Shown here: piece by piece, positions 1-8,733 of the stretch | Numbering within the stretch: the first letter of the stretch is position 1 | Layout of the letters: the number at the start of each line of letters is the position of its first letter | Assembly: GCA_963815115.1 (NCBI GenBank) | Contig: CAWFFN010000009.1 | Span: 480,001 to 544,000 of the forward strand | Length of the DNA stretch: 64,000 nt | Source of the DNA: an uncultured delta proteobacterium | GTDB taxonomy: Bacteria; Desulfobacterota; Binatia; DP-6 | Direction of reading: 5' to 3' | Position numbers and translations under genes: made by a program | Notes under the pieces: generated by a model | Databases searched by the model: none | Told to the model about the DNA's origin: nothing | What the model saw: the letters and a program-made list of their open reading frames with translations, nothing else

Positions 1-1
1 C

Positions 2-1375
2 GCGAACGTCGTCCTCACGATCGGCAGCGACCGCTACTGCCTCGACTTCGTCACCCCGGCGAACCCGAACACCACCGCGTCGGCCAAGTGGGGCGCGCAG
101 CTCGCGGGGGGGACCTGTCCCGCTCCGCCGACGACGAGCACGACGAGCACCAGCTCGACGACCACGACCACGGTGGCGGGTACCTGTGGCGACGGGTCGG
201 TGAACAGCCCGAGCGAGCAGTGTGACGACGGCAACACGGATGCGTGCGACGGCTGCACCGGGTGCAAGTTCGACACCTGCGGCGACGGCACCGTCTGCGC
301 CAACGAGGGCGAGCAGTGCGACGACAGCAACACCACCCCGGGCGACGGCTGCAACGCCTCGTGCGAGACCGAAGGCAGCACCTGCACCAGTCCGCCGATC
401 GGCAACCGGCTGGTCGTGGTCAGCCTGACCACGCCGTCCGCGCTCGCGGGCGTGCAGATCCGCCTCGAGTACCCCCAGCTCCAGTCGAGCCTCCCGGGGA
501 GCGGCACCTCGAGCGTCGTCCAGGACAACGTCTTCTTCTTCCAGAAGCCGAGCAGCGGCATCACGCTGGCGAACGACAGCGATAGCGATCTGACGACCGT
601 GATCGCCGGCGCCGGCGCGCCCGGCAGCGAGTTCATCCACACCGGCGTGCTGTTCGCGGCCAACTTCGACGATTGCATCTCGTCGGACCAGGGCGTCTGC
701 AACCGCATCCAGTTCGTCACCGGCTGCTGCAACAATCCCGCCGATCCGAACCAGTTCGGCAACTCGTGCGCCGGGTACACGCCGACGCTCACCTGCGAAG
801 GTGACGAGGACTGTCCGAATCGCACCAACGCCATCTGCACCGGCACCGGCGCGCCCTACGCGTGCTGCACCGGCGCGGGCATCGGTACGTGTGACAGCAC
901 CGGCTGCACCGGGCCCGGCGCGCCCTTCGCCTGCTGCACCGGCGTCGGGACCGGGAACTGCGAGGCCCAGACGACCGGCTGCACGGGCCCCGGAACACCC
1001 TTCCCCTGCTGCACGGGCTTGAATACGGGCAGCTGCCCGGCGTTCGCCGGCTCGTGCACCTTCAAGTGCCCCGGCAACCCGCCGATCTGCGGCATCAACA
1101 ACGACCGCAACGTCTTCAACTTCTCCACCACCGTCGCCGGACCGTGCCAGGGCAAGGTCTGCTCCAACAACAACCAGCGGGCCTGCGTGGTGGATGCCGA
1201 CTGCGTCTCGCCGGGCACCTGCACTCTCAACCAGCCTGCCGGCGCGTGCCCCGGTGAGAGCGCGTGCGTTCCCCAGGTCGGCCCCGACGGCATCACCCAG
1301 TGCTTCGTGACGGATCCCGTGGACGCGCTCGGGAATCCCATCGCCGGCGTGAGCTGCAGCGTCACCGTGCTGTGA
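2..1375 (+). CDS. Secreted Cys-rich DUF4215 (myxococcal Cys-rich repeat) protein with split cohesin-like C-terminal domain; 5' truncated by window edge
   Basis: Frame is open from base 2 (ANVVLTIGSDRYC...), then a Thr-rich linker, two EQCDDxN repeats and a C-terminal domain shared with neighbours. Confidence 0.85.
   Translation, partial: ANVVLTIGSDRYCLDFVTPANPNTTASAKWGAQLAGGTCPAPPTTSTTSTSSTTTTTVAGTCGDGSVNSPSEQCDDGNTDACDGCTGCKFDTCGDGTVCANEGEQCDDSNTTPGDGCNASCETEGSTCTSPPIGNRLVVVSLTTPSALAGVQIRLEYPQLQSSLPGSGTSSVVQDNVFFFQKPSSGITLANDSDSDLTTVIAGAGAPGSEFIHTGVLFAANFDDCISSDQGVCNRIQFVTGCCNNPADPNQFGNSCAGYTPTLTCEGDEDCPNRTNAICTGTGAPYACCTGAGIGTCDSTGCTGPGAPFACCTGVGTGNCEAQTTGCTGPGTPFPCCTGLNTGSCPAFAGSCTFKCPGNPPICGINNDRNVFNFSTTVAGPCQGKVCSNNNQRACVVDADCVSPGTCTLNQPAGACPGESACVPQVGPDGITQCFVTDPVDALGNPIAGVSCSVTVL
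836..1036 (+). repeat. Three intragenic Cys-rich repeats CTGxGxPxxCCTGxxxGxC
   Basis: CTGTGAPYACCTGAGIGTC / CTGPGAPFACCTGVGTGNC / CTGPGTPFPCCTGLNTGSC starting at 836, 905 and 980. Confidence 0.9.
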
Positions 1376-1430
1376 GCGATGGCTCCGGAACTCAACTCAA
1401 CGATCCGAGACTGAGGACAAGGAGAGGAAC

Positions 1431-3050
1431 ATGGGAAAACTGAAGGGCTTCTTCGTGGGCCTGGCGGCGCTCGGCCTCGCGGCCTTCGCGCCGGCGGCGG
1501 CCCACGCCGCGGTGTGTGGCGACCTGAACGGCAACGGCGTGCTGGACGCGGGCGACACCGTGATCCTCACGCAGCGCGTCTTCGGTGGCGTCAGCGCCGC
1601 TGACTGCGGCGGTCTGGGAACGCTCCAGTGCGGCGATATGAACGGCACCGGGACGGTAACCGTCGCCGACCTGGTGGTGCTCTTGAACGCGGTCGCCGGC
1701 AACCCGGTGGTGTTCAACTGCGCCGCGCAGGGCACTCCGGTGTGCAACGTCACGCGCAGCAGCAGCATCAACGCGAACGAGACCTGGCAGTCCGGCTGCA
1801 CGACGACCATCAACGGCACCACCTTCGTCCAGCCCGGCGTCATCGTCACCGTCCAGCCCGGCGCGCGGGTCGAGGGCGTGAAGGGCGCCGCGACGCCGTC
1901 CGTGCTGGTCTTCCTGCCCGGCTCCAAGATCAATGCGGCCGGCACGCCGGCTCAACCGATCGTGATGACCAGCAACCAGCCCGACGGCAGCCGCGGGATC
2001 GGTGACTGGGGCGGCCTCGTGCTGAACGGCAAGGCGCCCGTGAACTGCCCGACCGGCAAGTGCCTGGCGGAGGGCCTGACCGGCATCGAGTTCGGCGGGA
2101 CCGACCCGAACGACTCGAGCGGCGTCGTGCAGTACACCCGCATCGAGTTCTCGGGCATCGAGCTGTCCGCCGACAACGAGCTCAACATCTTCACCCAGAA
2201 CGGCATCGGACGCGGCACGCTGGTCGACCACGTCCAGTGCAACCACGGCTTCGACGACTGCTTCGAGTGGTTCGGCGGAACGGTCAACGAGAAGTTCCTG
2301 GTCGCCTCCTCGTGCGGTGACGACGACTTCGACTGGCAGCTCGGCTACGTCGGCTCCGTCCAGTTCGGGCTCAGCATCAAGGACGCCTCCAACTCCGACA
2401 ACAACGGGCGTCACGGCTTCGAGGCCGACAACAACGAGACCGGGTTCAACTTCCTGCCGCGCTCGAATCCGAAATTCTGCAACATTACCACCATCGGCAC
2501 GGTGCCGCAGGGCCAGACCGGCACCGGGCGCCGTGGAGCGCTCCTGCGCCGTGGAACTGCGGGCAAGATCTACAACACCATCATCGACGGCTACACGCAG
2601 TCGGCCATCCAGCTCGACGACAACGCCACCGCCGAGCAGGCGTGCGTGAACGCCACCACGCTCAAGACGACGGAGCCGTTCCTGCGCGTCCAGGACAGCA
2701 TCCTGTTCGGCAACACGGCGCTGGCCAGCGGCAGCGCGACGGCTCCGTGCACGGGCGCTCAGTGGGTCGGCCTCCTCCAGGCCGGGGCCAACGTCAGCAC
2801 GGCCGATCCCAACCTCAACGAGCTCTCGGTCGGGTACCCCGTCACCACCCCGCTCGGCGCCTCCGCGGCGGACGGCTACGTGCCGACCGCCGCGGGGCTC
2901 GTGCCGTCGCAGGACTGCACGGGACTCGATCCGTCCTTCTTCACCGCGGCGCCCTACGTCGGCGCTTTCGCACCGGGGACGGGCTCGGCCGGCAACTGGC
3001 TGCGCGACGCCGGCGCCGGAACCGCCTGGATCAACTTCGACACCAACTGA
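1431..3050 (+). CDS. Secreted protein: dockerin-like double Ca-binding repeat plus beta-helix domain of an uncharacterised lipoprotein-like family
   Basis: Signal peptide; GDLNGNGVLDAGD and GDMNGTGTVTVADL repeats; GDWGGLVLNG, SSGVVQYTRIEFSG, DNELN and DDCFEWFGGTVN motifs; RBS GGAGAGG. Confidence 0.85.
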   Translation: MGKLKGFFVGLAALGLAAFAPAAAHAAVCGDLNGNGVLDAGDTVILTQRVFGGVSAADCGGLGTLQCGDMNGTGTVTVADLVVLLNAVAGNPVVFNCAAQGTPVCNVTRSSSINANETWQSGCTTTINGTTFVQPGVIVTVQPGARVEGVKGAATPSVLVFLPGSKINAAGTPAQPIVMTSNQPDGSRGIGDWGGLVLNGKAPVNCPTGKCLAEGLTGIEFGGTDPNDSSGVVQYTRIEFSGIELSADNELNIFTQNGIGRGTLVDHVQCNHGFDDCFEWFGGTVNEKFLVASSCGDDDFDWQLGYVGSVQFGLSIKDASNSDNNGRHGFEADNNETGFNFLPRSNPKFCNITTIGTVPQGQTGTGRRGALLRRGTAGKIYNTIIDGYTQSAIQLDDNATAEQACVNATTLKTTEPFLRVQDSILFGNTALASGSATAPCTGAQWVGLLQAGANVSTADPNLNELSVGYPVTTPLGASAADGYVPTAAGLVPSQDCTGLDPSFFTAAPYVGAFAPGTGSAGNWLRDAGAGTAWINFDTN

Positions 3051-3064
3051 GCAAGTGACCCCTG

Positions 3065-3090
3065 GGGGGCGGGGCCACGGCCCCGCCCCC
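3065..3090 (+). terminator. GC-rich hairpin (terminator or mRNA stabiliser)
   Basis: GGGGGCGGGGCC-AC-GGCCCCGCCCCC perfect inverted repeat just after the stop codon; no U tract. Confidence 0.5.
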
Positions 3091-3108
3091 GACACGGGAG
3101 TTCGAGAC

Positions 3109-3630
3109 ATGCCACGAATCCGAATCACCATCGGGCTGCTGACCCTGCTTCTGGTCTCGCCGGCGCTGGCGAAGGCGAACGCACCGACTCCGAGTCTCAC
3201 GGGCGGCACGAAGACGAAGGAGGAGCTGGTGAGCCGCCTGGTGGACGCGCTCGCGCATCAGGATCGCGACAAGCTGCGGGCGCTGCGCGTGAACCAGGAG
3301 GAGTACATCGACATCATCCTCCGCGGCTCGGTTCCTCCGGGCCAGCCGCTGCGCAACTGGCCGCCGGACGTGAGCGGGTACTTCTTCCGGGATCTCGACA
3401 CCAAGAGCCGTTACGCCGAGCAGCACCTGCTCGAGCTCTTCGGCGGCCACGACATGAAGGTCGAATCGTTCGAGTTCGCCAAGGGGACGACGCAGTTCGC
3501 CAATCACGTCGCGTACCGGCAGCTCCGCGTGAAGGTGAAGGACCCCGCAGGACAGGACGTGGAGCTCGCGACAGGCTCCATCGCCGAAGTGAATGGACGT
3601 TACAAGTTCATCTCGTTCCTGGCCAACTGA
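3109..3630 (+). CDS. Secreted hypothetical protein
   Basis: ATG 3109 after GGGAG; signal peptide MPRIRITIGLLTLLLVSPALA; host-like codon usage. Confidence 0.8.
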   Translation: MPRIRITIGLLTLLLVSPALAKANAPTPSLTGGTKTKEELVSRLVDALAHQDRDKLRALRVNQEEYIDIILRGSVPPGQPLRNWPPDVSGYFFRDLDTKSRYAEQHLLELFGGHDMKVESFEFAKGTTQFANHVAYRQLRVKVKDPAGQDVELATGSIAEVNGRYKFISFLAN

Positions 3631-3665
3631 GCCCGGAAGCCGACGATGAGAAGGAGGATCGAAGG

Positions 3666-4931
3666 ATGAGCAGAACCGGAATCCGCGCCGTCTCGGCCGC
3701 GCTGGGGGGCGCGGCGTTGCTGGCGATCACCGGCTCGGCCGGCGCGCAGGTCATCCCTCCCACGGCCAAGTGCGAGGGAGGCAAGCTCAAGTGTGCGACC
3801 ACGTTCTGGACCGGGCTGCTTGGCTGTCAGTCGAAGGATTCGGGGAAGCCCGATGCGACGGCGCTGGCAGCGTGCAACACGAAGGGCCAGACGAAGTACG
3901 ACGGGGGACTGGCGCCGGAGAAGGGATGCTTCGCCAAGCTCGAGGCCAAGCCTCCGTGCCTGACGAACGGTGATTCCGGCCTGGTGGACTCCCTCATCAC
4001 GAGTTCCCAGGGCCCCGTGGTGCAAACGACCCTCAACCTGGACCCCGCATTCCCGCCGTCCACCTTGAGCAAGTGTACCTCGGGCCAGAAGAAGTGCGTC
4101 ACGAACCTCGTGAAGGGACTGCTCGGGTGCTACTCGAAGAACGCCACCAAGCCCGACCCGGTGAAGACGCCTGCCTGCGTGCAGAAGGCGCTGGACAAGT
4201 TCACCGGTGGCGCCGAACCCACGAAAGGCTGCTTCCAGAAGCTCGAGGCCAAGATGCCCAACGACTGCGTGACCACCGGGCAGTCAGGTGCTCTGCTGAC
4301 CGCCACGCAGAACTACGTCAACAATCTCGTCGCCACGCTCGAGTGCGGCAACCATCGCATCGACGCGGGCGAGAGCTGCGACGACGGCAACCAGACCTGC
4401 GGCGACGGCTGCAGCGCGACCTGCAAGACCGAGGCGTGCGGCAACAGCACCGTCGACTGCGGCGAGACCTGTGACGACGGCAACACCAATAACTTCGACA
4501 ACTGTCCGTCCAACTGCATGATCGCCGCCTGCACGCCCAACAGTGGCAGCAGCCAGTTCGCCACCGTGAGCTTCGCCACCACGGGTGGCAAGCAGGTCGC
4601 GGGTATCGTGGTCTTCGTCGACTACCCCGAGGGCCTCGTATCCATCCCGGGCAGCGGCGGCACGCCCCCGGTCCCGAGCCACATCAGCGGGAACCCGGGC
4701 GGCACGACGGCAGTCCCCAACGACCTCGACCACGCACTGCGCGCGGTCGTCACGGAGAATGCGCCGTTCACCACGATGCCGGTAGGACAGCTGTTCCGGA
4801 TCAACTTCGAGACCTGCCAGGGCGCACCCGCGCCGACGGCGGGCCAGTTCACCTGCACCGTGCTCTCGGCCTCGGACGTGAACGGTGCAGACATCACCGC
4901 CAACGTCACGTGTTCGGTCAGCGTTCCGTGA
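3666..4931 (+). CDS. Secreted DUF4215 protein: duplicated helical Cys/Lys domain, ExCDDGN repeats, cohesin-like C-terminus
   Basis: Signal peptide; two KC...K.KC...LLGC.SK...GCF.KLEAK..C units; GESCDDGN and GETCDDGN. Confidence 0.88.
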   Translation: MSRTGIRAVSAALGGAALLAITGSAGAQVIPPTAKCEGGKLKCATTFWTGLLGCQSKDSGKPDATALAACNTKGQTKYDGGLAPEKGCFAKLEAKPPCLTNGDSGLVDSLITSSQGPVVQTTLNLDPAFPPSTLSKCTSGQKKCVTNLVKGLLGCYSKNATKPDPVKTPACVQKALDKFTGGAEPTKGCFQKLEAKMPNDCVTTGQSGALLTATQNYVNNLVATLECGNHRIDAGESCDDGNQTCGDGCSATCKTEACGNSTVDCGETCDDGNTNNFDNCPSNCMIAACTPNSGSSQFATVSFATTGGKQVAGIVVFVDYPEGLVSIPGSGGTPPVPSHISGNPGGTTAVPNDLDHALRAVVTENAPFTTMPVGQLFRINFETCQGAPAPTAGQFTCTVLSASDVNGADITANVTCSVSVP

Positions 4932-4959
4932 TTCCGGATTCCGCTCGGGAGTGAGCCAT

Positions 4960-5001
4960 GATGATGCGGGCAGCCCCCGAAGGGGGGCTGCCCGCATCAT
5001 C
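4960..5001 (+). terminator. 19-bp perfect hairpin
   Basis: GATGATGCGGGCAGCCCCC-GAAG-GGGGGCTGCCCGCATCATC between two co-oriented genes. Confidence 0.65.
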
Positions 5002-5019
5002 GGTTCTGGAGAGATCGAT

Positions 5020-6495
5020 TTGCGGAAGTGCAAGCAGTGGTCGGTGGGGACCGGGCGGTTGGTTCTGGGCGGGGTCCTGTTGCTCGGGATGACCACCACG
5101 GCGCTCGCGGCAATGTCCGAACGGAAGCAGGCCCTCCAGTGCCGCGCGGGGATCCCGAACTCCGTGCGACGCTTCCTGGTCGACCGTGGTCTCGAGAGCC
5201 TCGGCCGCTGCGTGCATGGCGCCGAAGCGGCGCCGGATACCTGCAACACCATCGTGACCGGACCCGCCGGCGCTCCGACCACACCGTACGGGCTCGGCGA
5301 GAACCGGGCGCAGAAGGCGATCGACATCCTCTGTGCACCGGGAAACCCCGTGCTCGAGAACTACGTTGGCGGGACGCCATCGGACCTGGTGATCCCGACG
5401 GTGAAATCATTGCTCGAACGTGGTGCTCCCGCCGGTCCGCCGGCGGCCGTGCAGACCGCCGCCAAGTCGGGCTCACGCCGCGGGGCGAACGACCGGTGCG
5501 TGCGCGTGGCGACGCACGCGCGAAACATGGTCGTCCGCTCGGCATTCGACCGGGCGGTGGCCTGCCAGACCCGGCTCGACCGGAAGTCGCAGCCACTCGG
5601 CCCCCTGAGCGATGCCTGCCTGCGCGGTGCGGGAGGCGCTGCGCGGGCGGCGCGCAAGGCGCTGCGCCAGGGGTGTCGCTCGAGCACGGCGGGAGTGTGC
5701 GGACCTCTCCCCGGCTGTGTGGTCGATACGGCGGTCGTCACCGGGGAGAACCTCGCCCGCGTCAGCTACTCGCTCGATGTCCAGCAGCAGGTCGTCGAGA
5801 ACGTCTGTGGTGACGGGCGCAAGGGCGGCGACGAGCAGTGCGACGACGGCAACACCGTGTCGAACGACGGGTGCTCGAGCACCTGCACGCAGGAGGGCTG
5901 TTTCATCGACGACAACGTCGTCGGCGGCGAGGCGTGTGACGACGGCAACACCACGGACGACGACTGCTGCAACAACATGTGCATGCCTCCCGTCTGCGGC
6001 GACGGCCAGCGCGCGCTCGGCTGCGACGAGCAGTGTGACGACGCGGTCGATCCGGGATGCATCGGCTGCAAGTTCCCGGCGGTGACCTGCGACGGCCGGG
6101 GAATCGTCCTGCGTGTGCGCGTCGACTACGACAAGGTCCTCGCGCCACAGCTGGCCGGGGTACGCCTCGAGATCGGCTATCCCTCGCAGGTGAGCATCCC
6201 GGTGATGGAGGGCGGCTTCGTCGACTCTTCACGCCTGGTCGACCTGACCGGCAAGGGCGTCTTCCTGGTGGGGCAGGTGGCGACCAGCGGAACGCTCGGA
6301 ATCGTGATCGGCCTCGCCGGCGGCACGTTCGACTCCGGGGATGTCTTCACGGCCCTCCTCGACTGCTCCACGGGCACGTCGACGAGCTTTGCGGACTACC
6401 AGTGCCGCGTGCTGAGCGCCTCCGATCAGGTGGGTAACGACGTCATGCACGCCACCGACATTCCGTGCTCGGTGGCCCAGGTGTCGCTGCCATGA
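5020..6495 (+). CDS. Secreted DUF4215 protein with cohesin-like C-terminus
   Basis: Probable TTG start at 5020 after GGAGAG, followed by a signal peptide; three ExCDD repeats; shared C-terminal domain. Confidence 0.8.
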   Translation: MRKCKQWSVGTGRLVLGGVLLLGMTTTALAAMSERKQALQCRAGIPNSVRRFLVDRGLESLGRCVHGAEAAPDTCNTIVTGPAGAPTTPYGLGENRAQKAIDILCAPGNPVLENYVGGTPSDLVIPTVKSLLERGAPAGPPAAVQTAAKSGSRRGANDRCVRVATHARNMVVRSAFDRAVACQTRLDRKSQPLGPLSDACLRGAGGAARAARKALRQGCRSSTAGVCGPLPGCVVDTAVVTGENLARVSYSLDVQQQVVENVCGDGRKGGDEQCDDGNTVSNDGCSSTCTQEGCFIDDNVVGGEACDDGNTTDDDCCNNMCMPPVCGDGQRALGCDEQCDDAVDPGCIGCKFPAVTCDGRGIVLRVRVDYDKVLAPQLAGVRLEIGYPSQVSIPVMEGGFVDSSRLVDLTGKGVFLVGQVATSGTLGIVIGLAGGTFDSGDVFTALLDCSTGTSTSFADYQCRVLSASDQVGNDVMHATDIPCSVAQVSLP

Positions 6496-6520
6496 GCGCG
6501 AAGACGATGGAGGACCACAG

Positions 6521-8224
6521 ATGATTCGCCGTGCCACGCTGATCTGCGCGCTGGCTGCGCTCTGGTTGGGGACTGGCTCACGCCCCGCAGCCGCGCAGCC
6601 GAGCGCCGCGCTCGAGAACTACGCGCTCTTCGTGCTGGAAGGCTATCGCGGCAAGGGCTCGCACGTCGTCAGCGGCGACGTGGGAGTCAACGCCGGCTCC
6701 CTGGTCTCGTCCGGCAAGCTCGATGCGCCGACCTCGCGCCTCGTCGGTGACCAGGTGACGCTCGCGCGACCCTCGCAGTGTGCAGCGCTGTTCGCGAACC
6801 AGGCCGCGCTGCGCGGCCCGGGGTGTGGGCCGCCGACGTCGTTCGCCAGCCCGATCATCGCCGACGTGGAAGCGGCCTGCGGCTTTCCTCGTCCATTTCC
6901 GACCTGCGACGCCGCCAGCTCGATCCAGGTGGACCACGGCGCCACCCTCGATCTGGCGCCCGGGGTGTACGGCGCCGTCGTGGTGAGCGGGGGCGGCCGC
7001 GGGCCGGGAATGCTGCGCCTCACCGCAGGACACTACGTCTTCTGCAGCCTGAAGGCGTCGCGGCACGCGCAGGTCGTCGTCTCCGGACCGGCCGAGATCG
7101 ACGTCGCCGGCTCGCTCGTCCTCGACAACGGCTCTGGCTTCGGAGCCGAAGAGGGTGGGCCGACGCCCGGCGAGATCGTGGTTCACGTGGCCGGCGATGC
7201 CGTGCGCTTCTCGCGCAAGGCCACGGTGGGAGCCTTGCTCTGCGCACCCGACGCGGAATTGCGCCTCACCGCCGGCGCCGACCTGACCGGCCGTTTCGTG
7301 GCCCGGAGCATCCTGAGCGATCGTGTCACCGTGCGAGCGGTGAGCACGCCGCCGTCGAGCACGACGTCCAGCACCACCCCGACGTCCTCCACGACCAGCT
7401 CGACGAGCTCGACGACCACGTCGACGGCCGCCTCCTCCTCGACGACGACGTCCACGACCACGACCACCGCCTCCACGTCCACGACGACGGCCCCGAGCAC
7501 CTCCAGCACGACGACGATCTCGGCGACCACGTCGACGACGACGGCCCCGAGCACCTCCACGACCACCACCAGCACGACGACCAGCACCACGTCGGCACCC
7601 AGCTCCACCACGACCACGACCGTCACCACGACCAGCACCGCCGCCCCGACCACCAGCACCACGACGGCCAGCACGACGACGCTTCCCAGCTCCACCACGA
7701 CGAGCACCGCCGCCTCGACCACGAACACCACGAGCACCACCACCACGACCGCCCCGCCCACCAGCACGACCACGACGACCAGCGCGTCGACCACCACCAC
7801 GACGCTGGGTGGCGGCGAATGCAGCGGCGGCGGAATCACGGCGCGGCTGGTGGTGAACTATGCCGACGTCGGCGCCCCGGCGCTGTCGGGGCTCCGGCTC
7901 CGGCTGGGCTATCCGTCGTCGCTCAGCCTGCCGAACATTCCCGGCACCGACTTCGTGGACTCGTCCCGGATTCAAGATCTGACCGGGGCCAACGGCTTCC
8001 TGGTCGGTCAGAACGTCAACCAGACCCTCGACGTGGTCTACGGGGTGACCGGTGCCACGTTCCCCTCGGGTGATTTCGTCGAGGTGCAGTTCGATTGCGC
8101 CGGAGGAACCGTGTTGCCGGCCGACTTCGAGTGCAGCGTCGTCAGCGCGTCCGATCAGGTCGGCAACGACGTCCAGAACCCGGGAGCGATCCCCTGCGCC
8201 GTGAGCAGCCTCACGGGGCTGTGA
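6521..8224 (+). CDS. Secreted protein: beta-solenoid (ice-binding/choice-of-anchor-A-like) domain, long Thr/Ser stalk, cohesin-like C-terminus
   Basis: Signal peptide; GDVGVN, LAPGVYG, G.YVFCSL, GALLCAPDA and GRFVA motifs; 154-aa T/S linker. Confidence 0.8.
   Translation: MIRRATLICALAALWLGTGSRPAAAQPSAALENYALFVLEGYRGKGSHVVSGDVGVNAGSLVSSGKLDAPTSRLVGDQVTLARPSQCAALFANQAALRGPGCGPPTSFASPIIADVEAACGFPRPFPTCDAASSIQVDHGATLDLAPGVYGAVVVSGGGRGPGMLRLTAGHYVFCSLKASRHAQVVVSGPAEIDVAGSLVLDNGSGFGAEEGGPTPGEIVVHVAGDAVRFSRKATVGALLCAPDAELRLTAGADLTGRFVARSILSDRVTVRAVSTPPSSTTSSTTPTSSTTSSTSSTTTSTAASSSTTTSTTTTTASTSTTTAPSTSSTTTISATTSTTTAPSTSTTTTSTTTSTTSAPSSTTTTTVTTTSTAAPTTSTTTASTTTLPSSTTTSTAASTTNTTSTTTTTAPPTSTTTTTSASTTTTTLGGGECSGGGITARLVVNYADVGAPALSGLRLRLGYPSSLSLPNIPGTDFVDSSRIQDLTGANGFLVGQNVNQTLDVVYGVTGATFPSGDFVEVQFDCAGGTVLPADFECSVVSASDQVGNDVQNPGAIPCAVSSLTGL
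7343..7804 (+). repeat. Low-complexity Thr/Ser-rich (mucin-like) coding linker
   Basis: Runs of ACC/ACG/AGC/TCG codons inside 6521..8224. Confidence 0.9.
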
Positions 8225-8251
8225 GGCATCGCAAGCGGAAGGAGTAGCGAG

Positions 8252-8533
8252 ATGATCCATCGATTCCGGCTCGTCACGGCGAGCCTCGTACTGCTCGGCG
8301 CGGTCGCCTGGATGCCGGCGCTCGCGCGCGGTGCCGATGCCGTGCAGGCGGCGAGCAAGCCGGGTGACGTGAGCTGCAGCTGCCACGCCTGCACCCAGCC
8401 GGTGTGCTGTCAGGGCCCCACCGGCTTCGCGCCGCTCGACGACAAGTGCCGTACGCTGTGCGACACGAAGCACTGGGTGGTGTCCGACAACGGTAGCTGC
8501 GGCACCCAGCCCGGCTGCTGTCCGGCGAAGTGA
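8252..8533 (+). CDS. Small secreted Cys-rich protein (10 Cys)
   Basis: RBS AAGGAG; signal peptide; CSCHAC..CC..C..C..C..CC. Confidence 0.75.
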   Translation: MIHRFRLVTASLVLLGAVAWMPALARGADAVQAASKPGDVSCSCHACTQPVCCQGPTGFAPLDDKCRTLCDTKHWVVSDNGSCGTQPGCCPAK

Positions 8534-8733
8534 GCGCCGCGCGAACCGTTGGAAGTCGGCGTGCTGTTACGGCGATGTTTCGGCGACGTGAAGAACTCCC
8601 GCCGCGAATTGACGATTTCCTCGCGTGCGGGAATCCTGGCACGAGCGGCGCTTGCCCGTGCCGCTGCCGGATCAGCGCATCTCGTCGCGATACGGATGTG
8701 CGTGGAATCCGACTCGAACTGCGGAGGAAGTGG

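Noticed and set aside
1392-3209. Antisense ORFs mirroring real genes throughout the window
   Set aside because: Shadow frames caused by high GC at third codon positions; Arg/Ala/Gly-rich and without motifs
7343-7804. Non-coding tandem repeat or VNTR
   Set aside because: Explained as an in-frame Thr/Ser linker of a secreted protein
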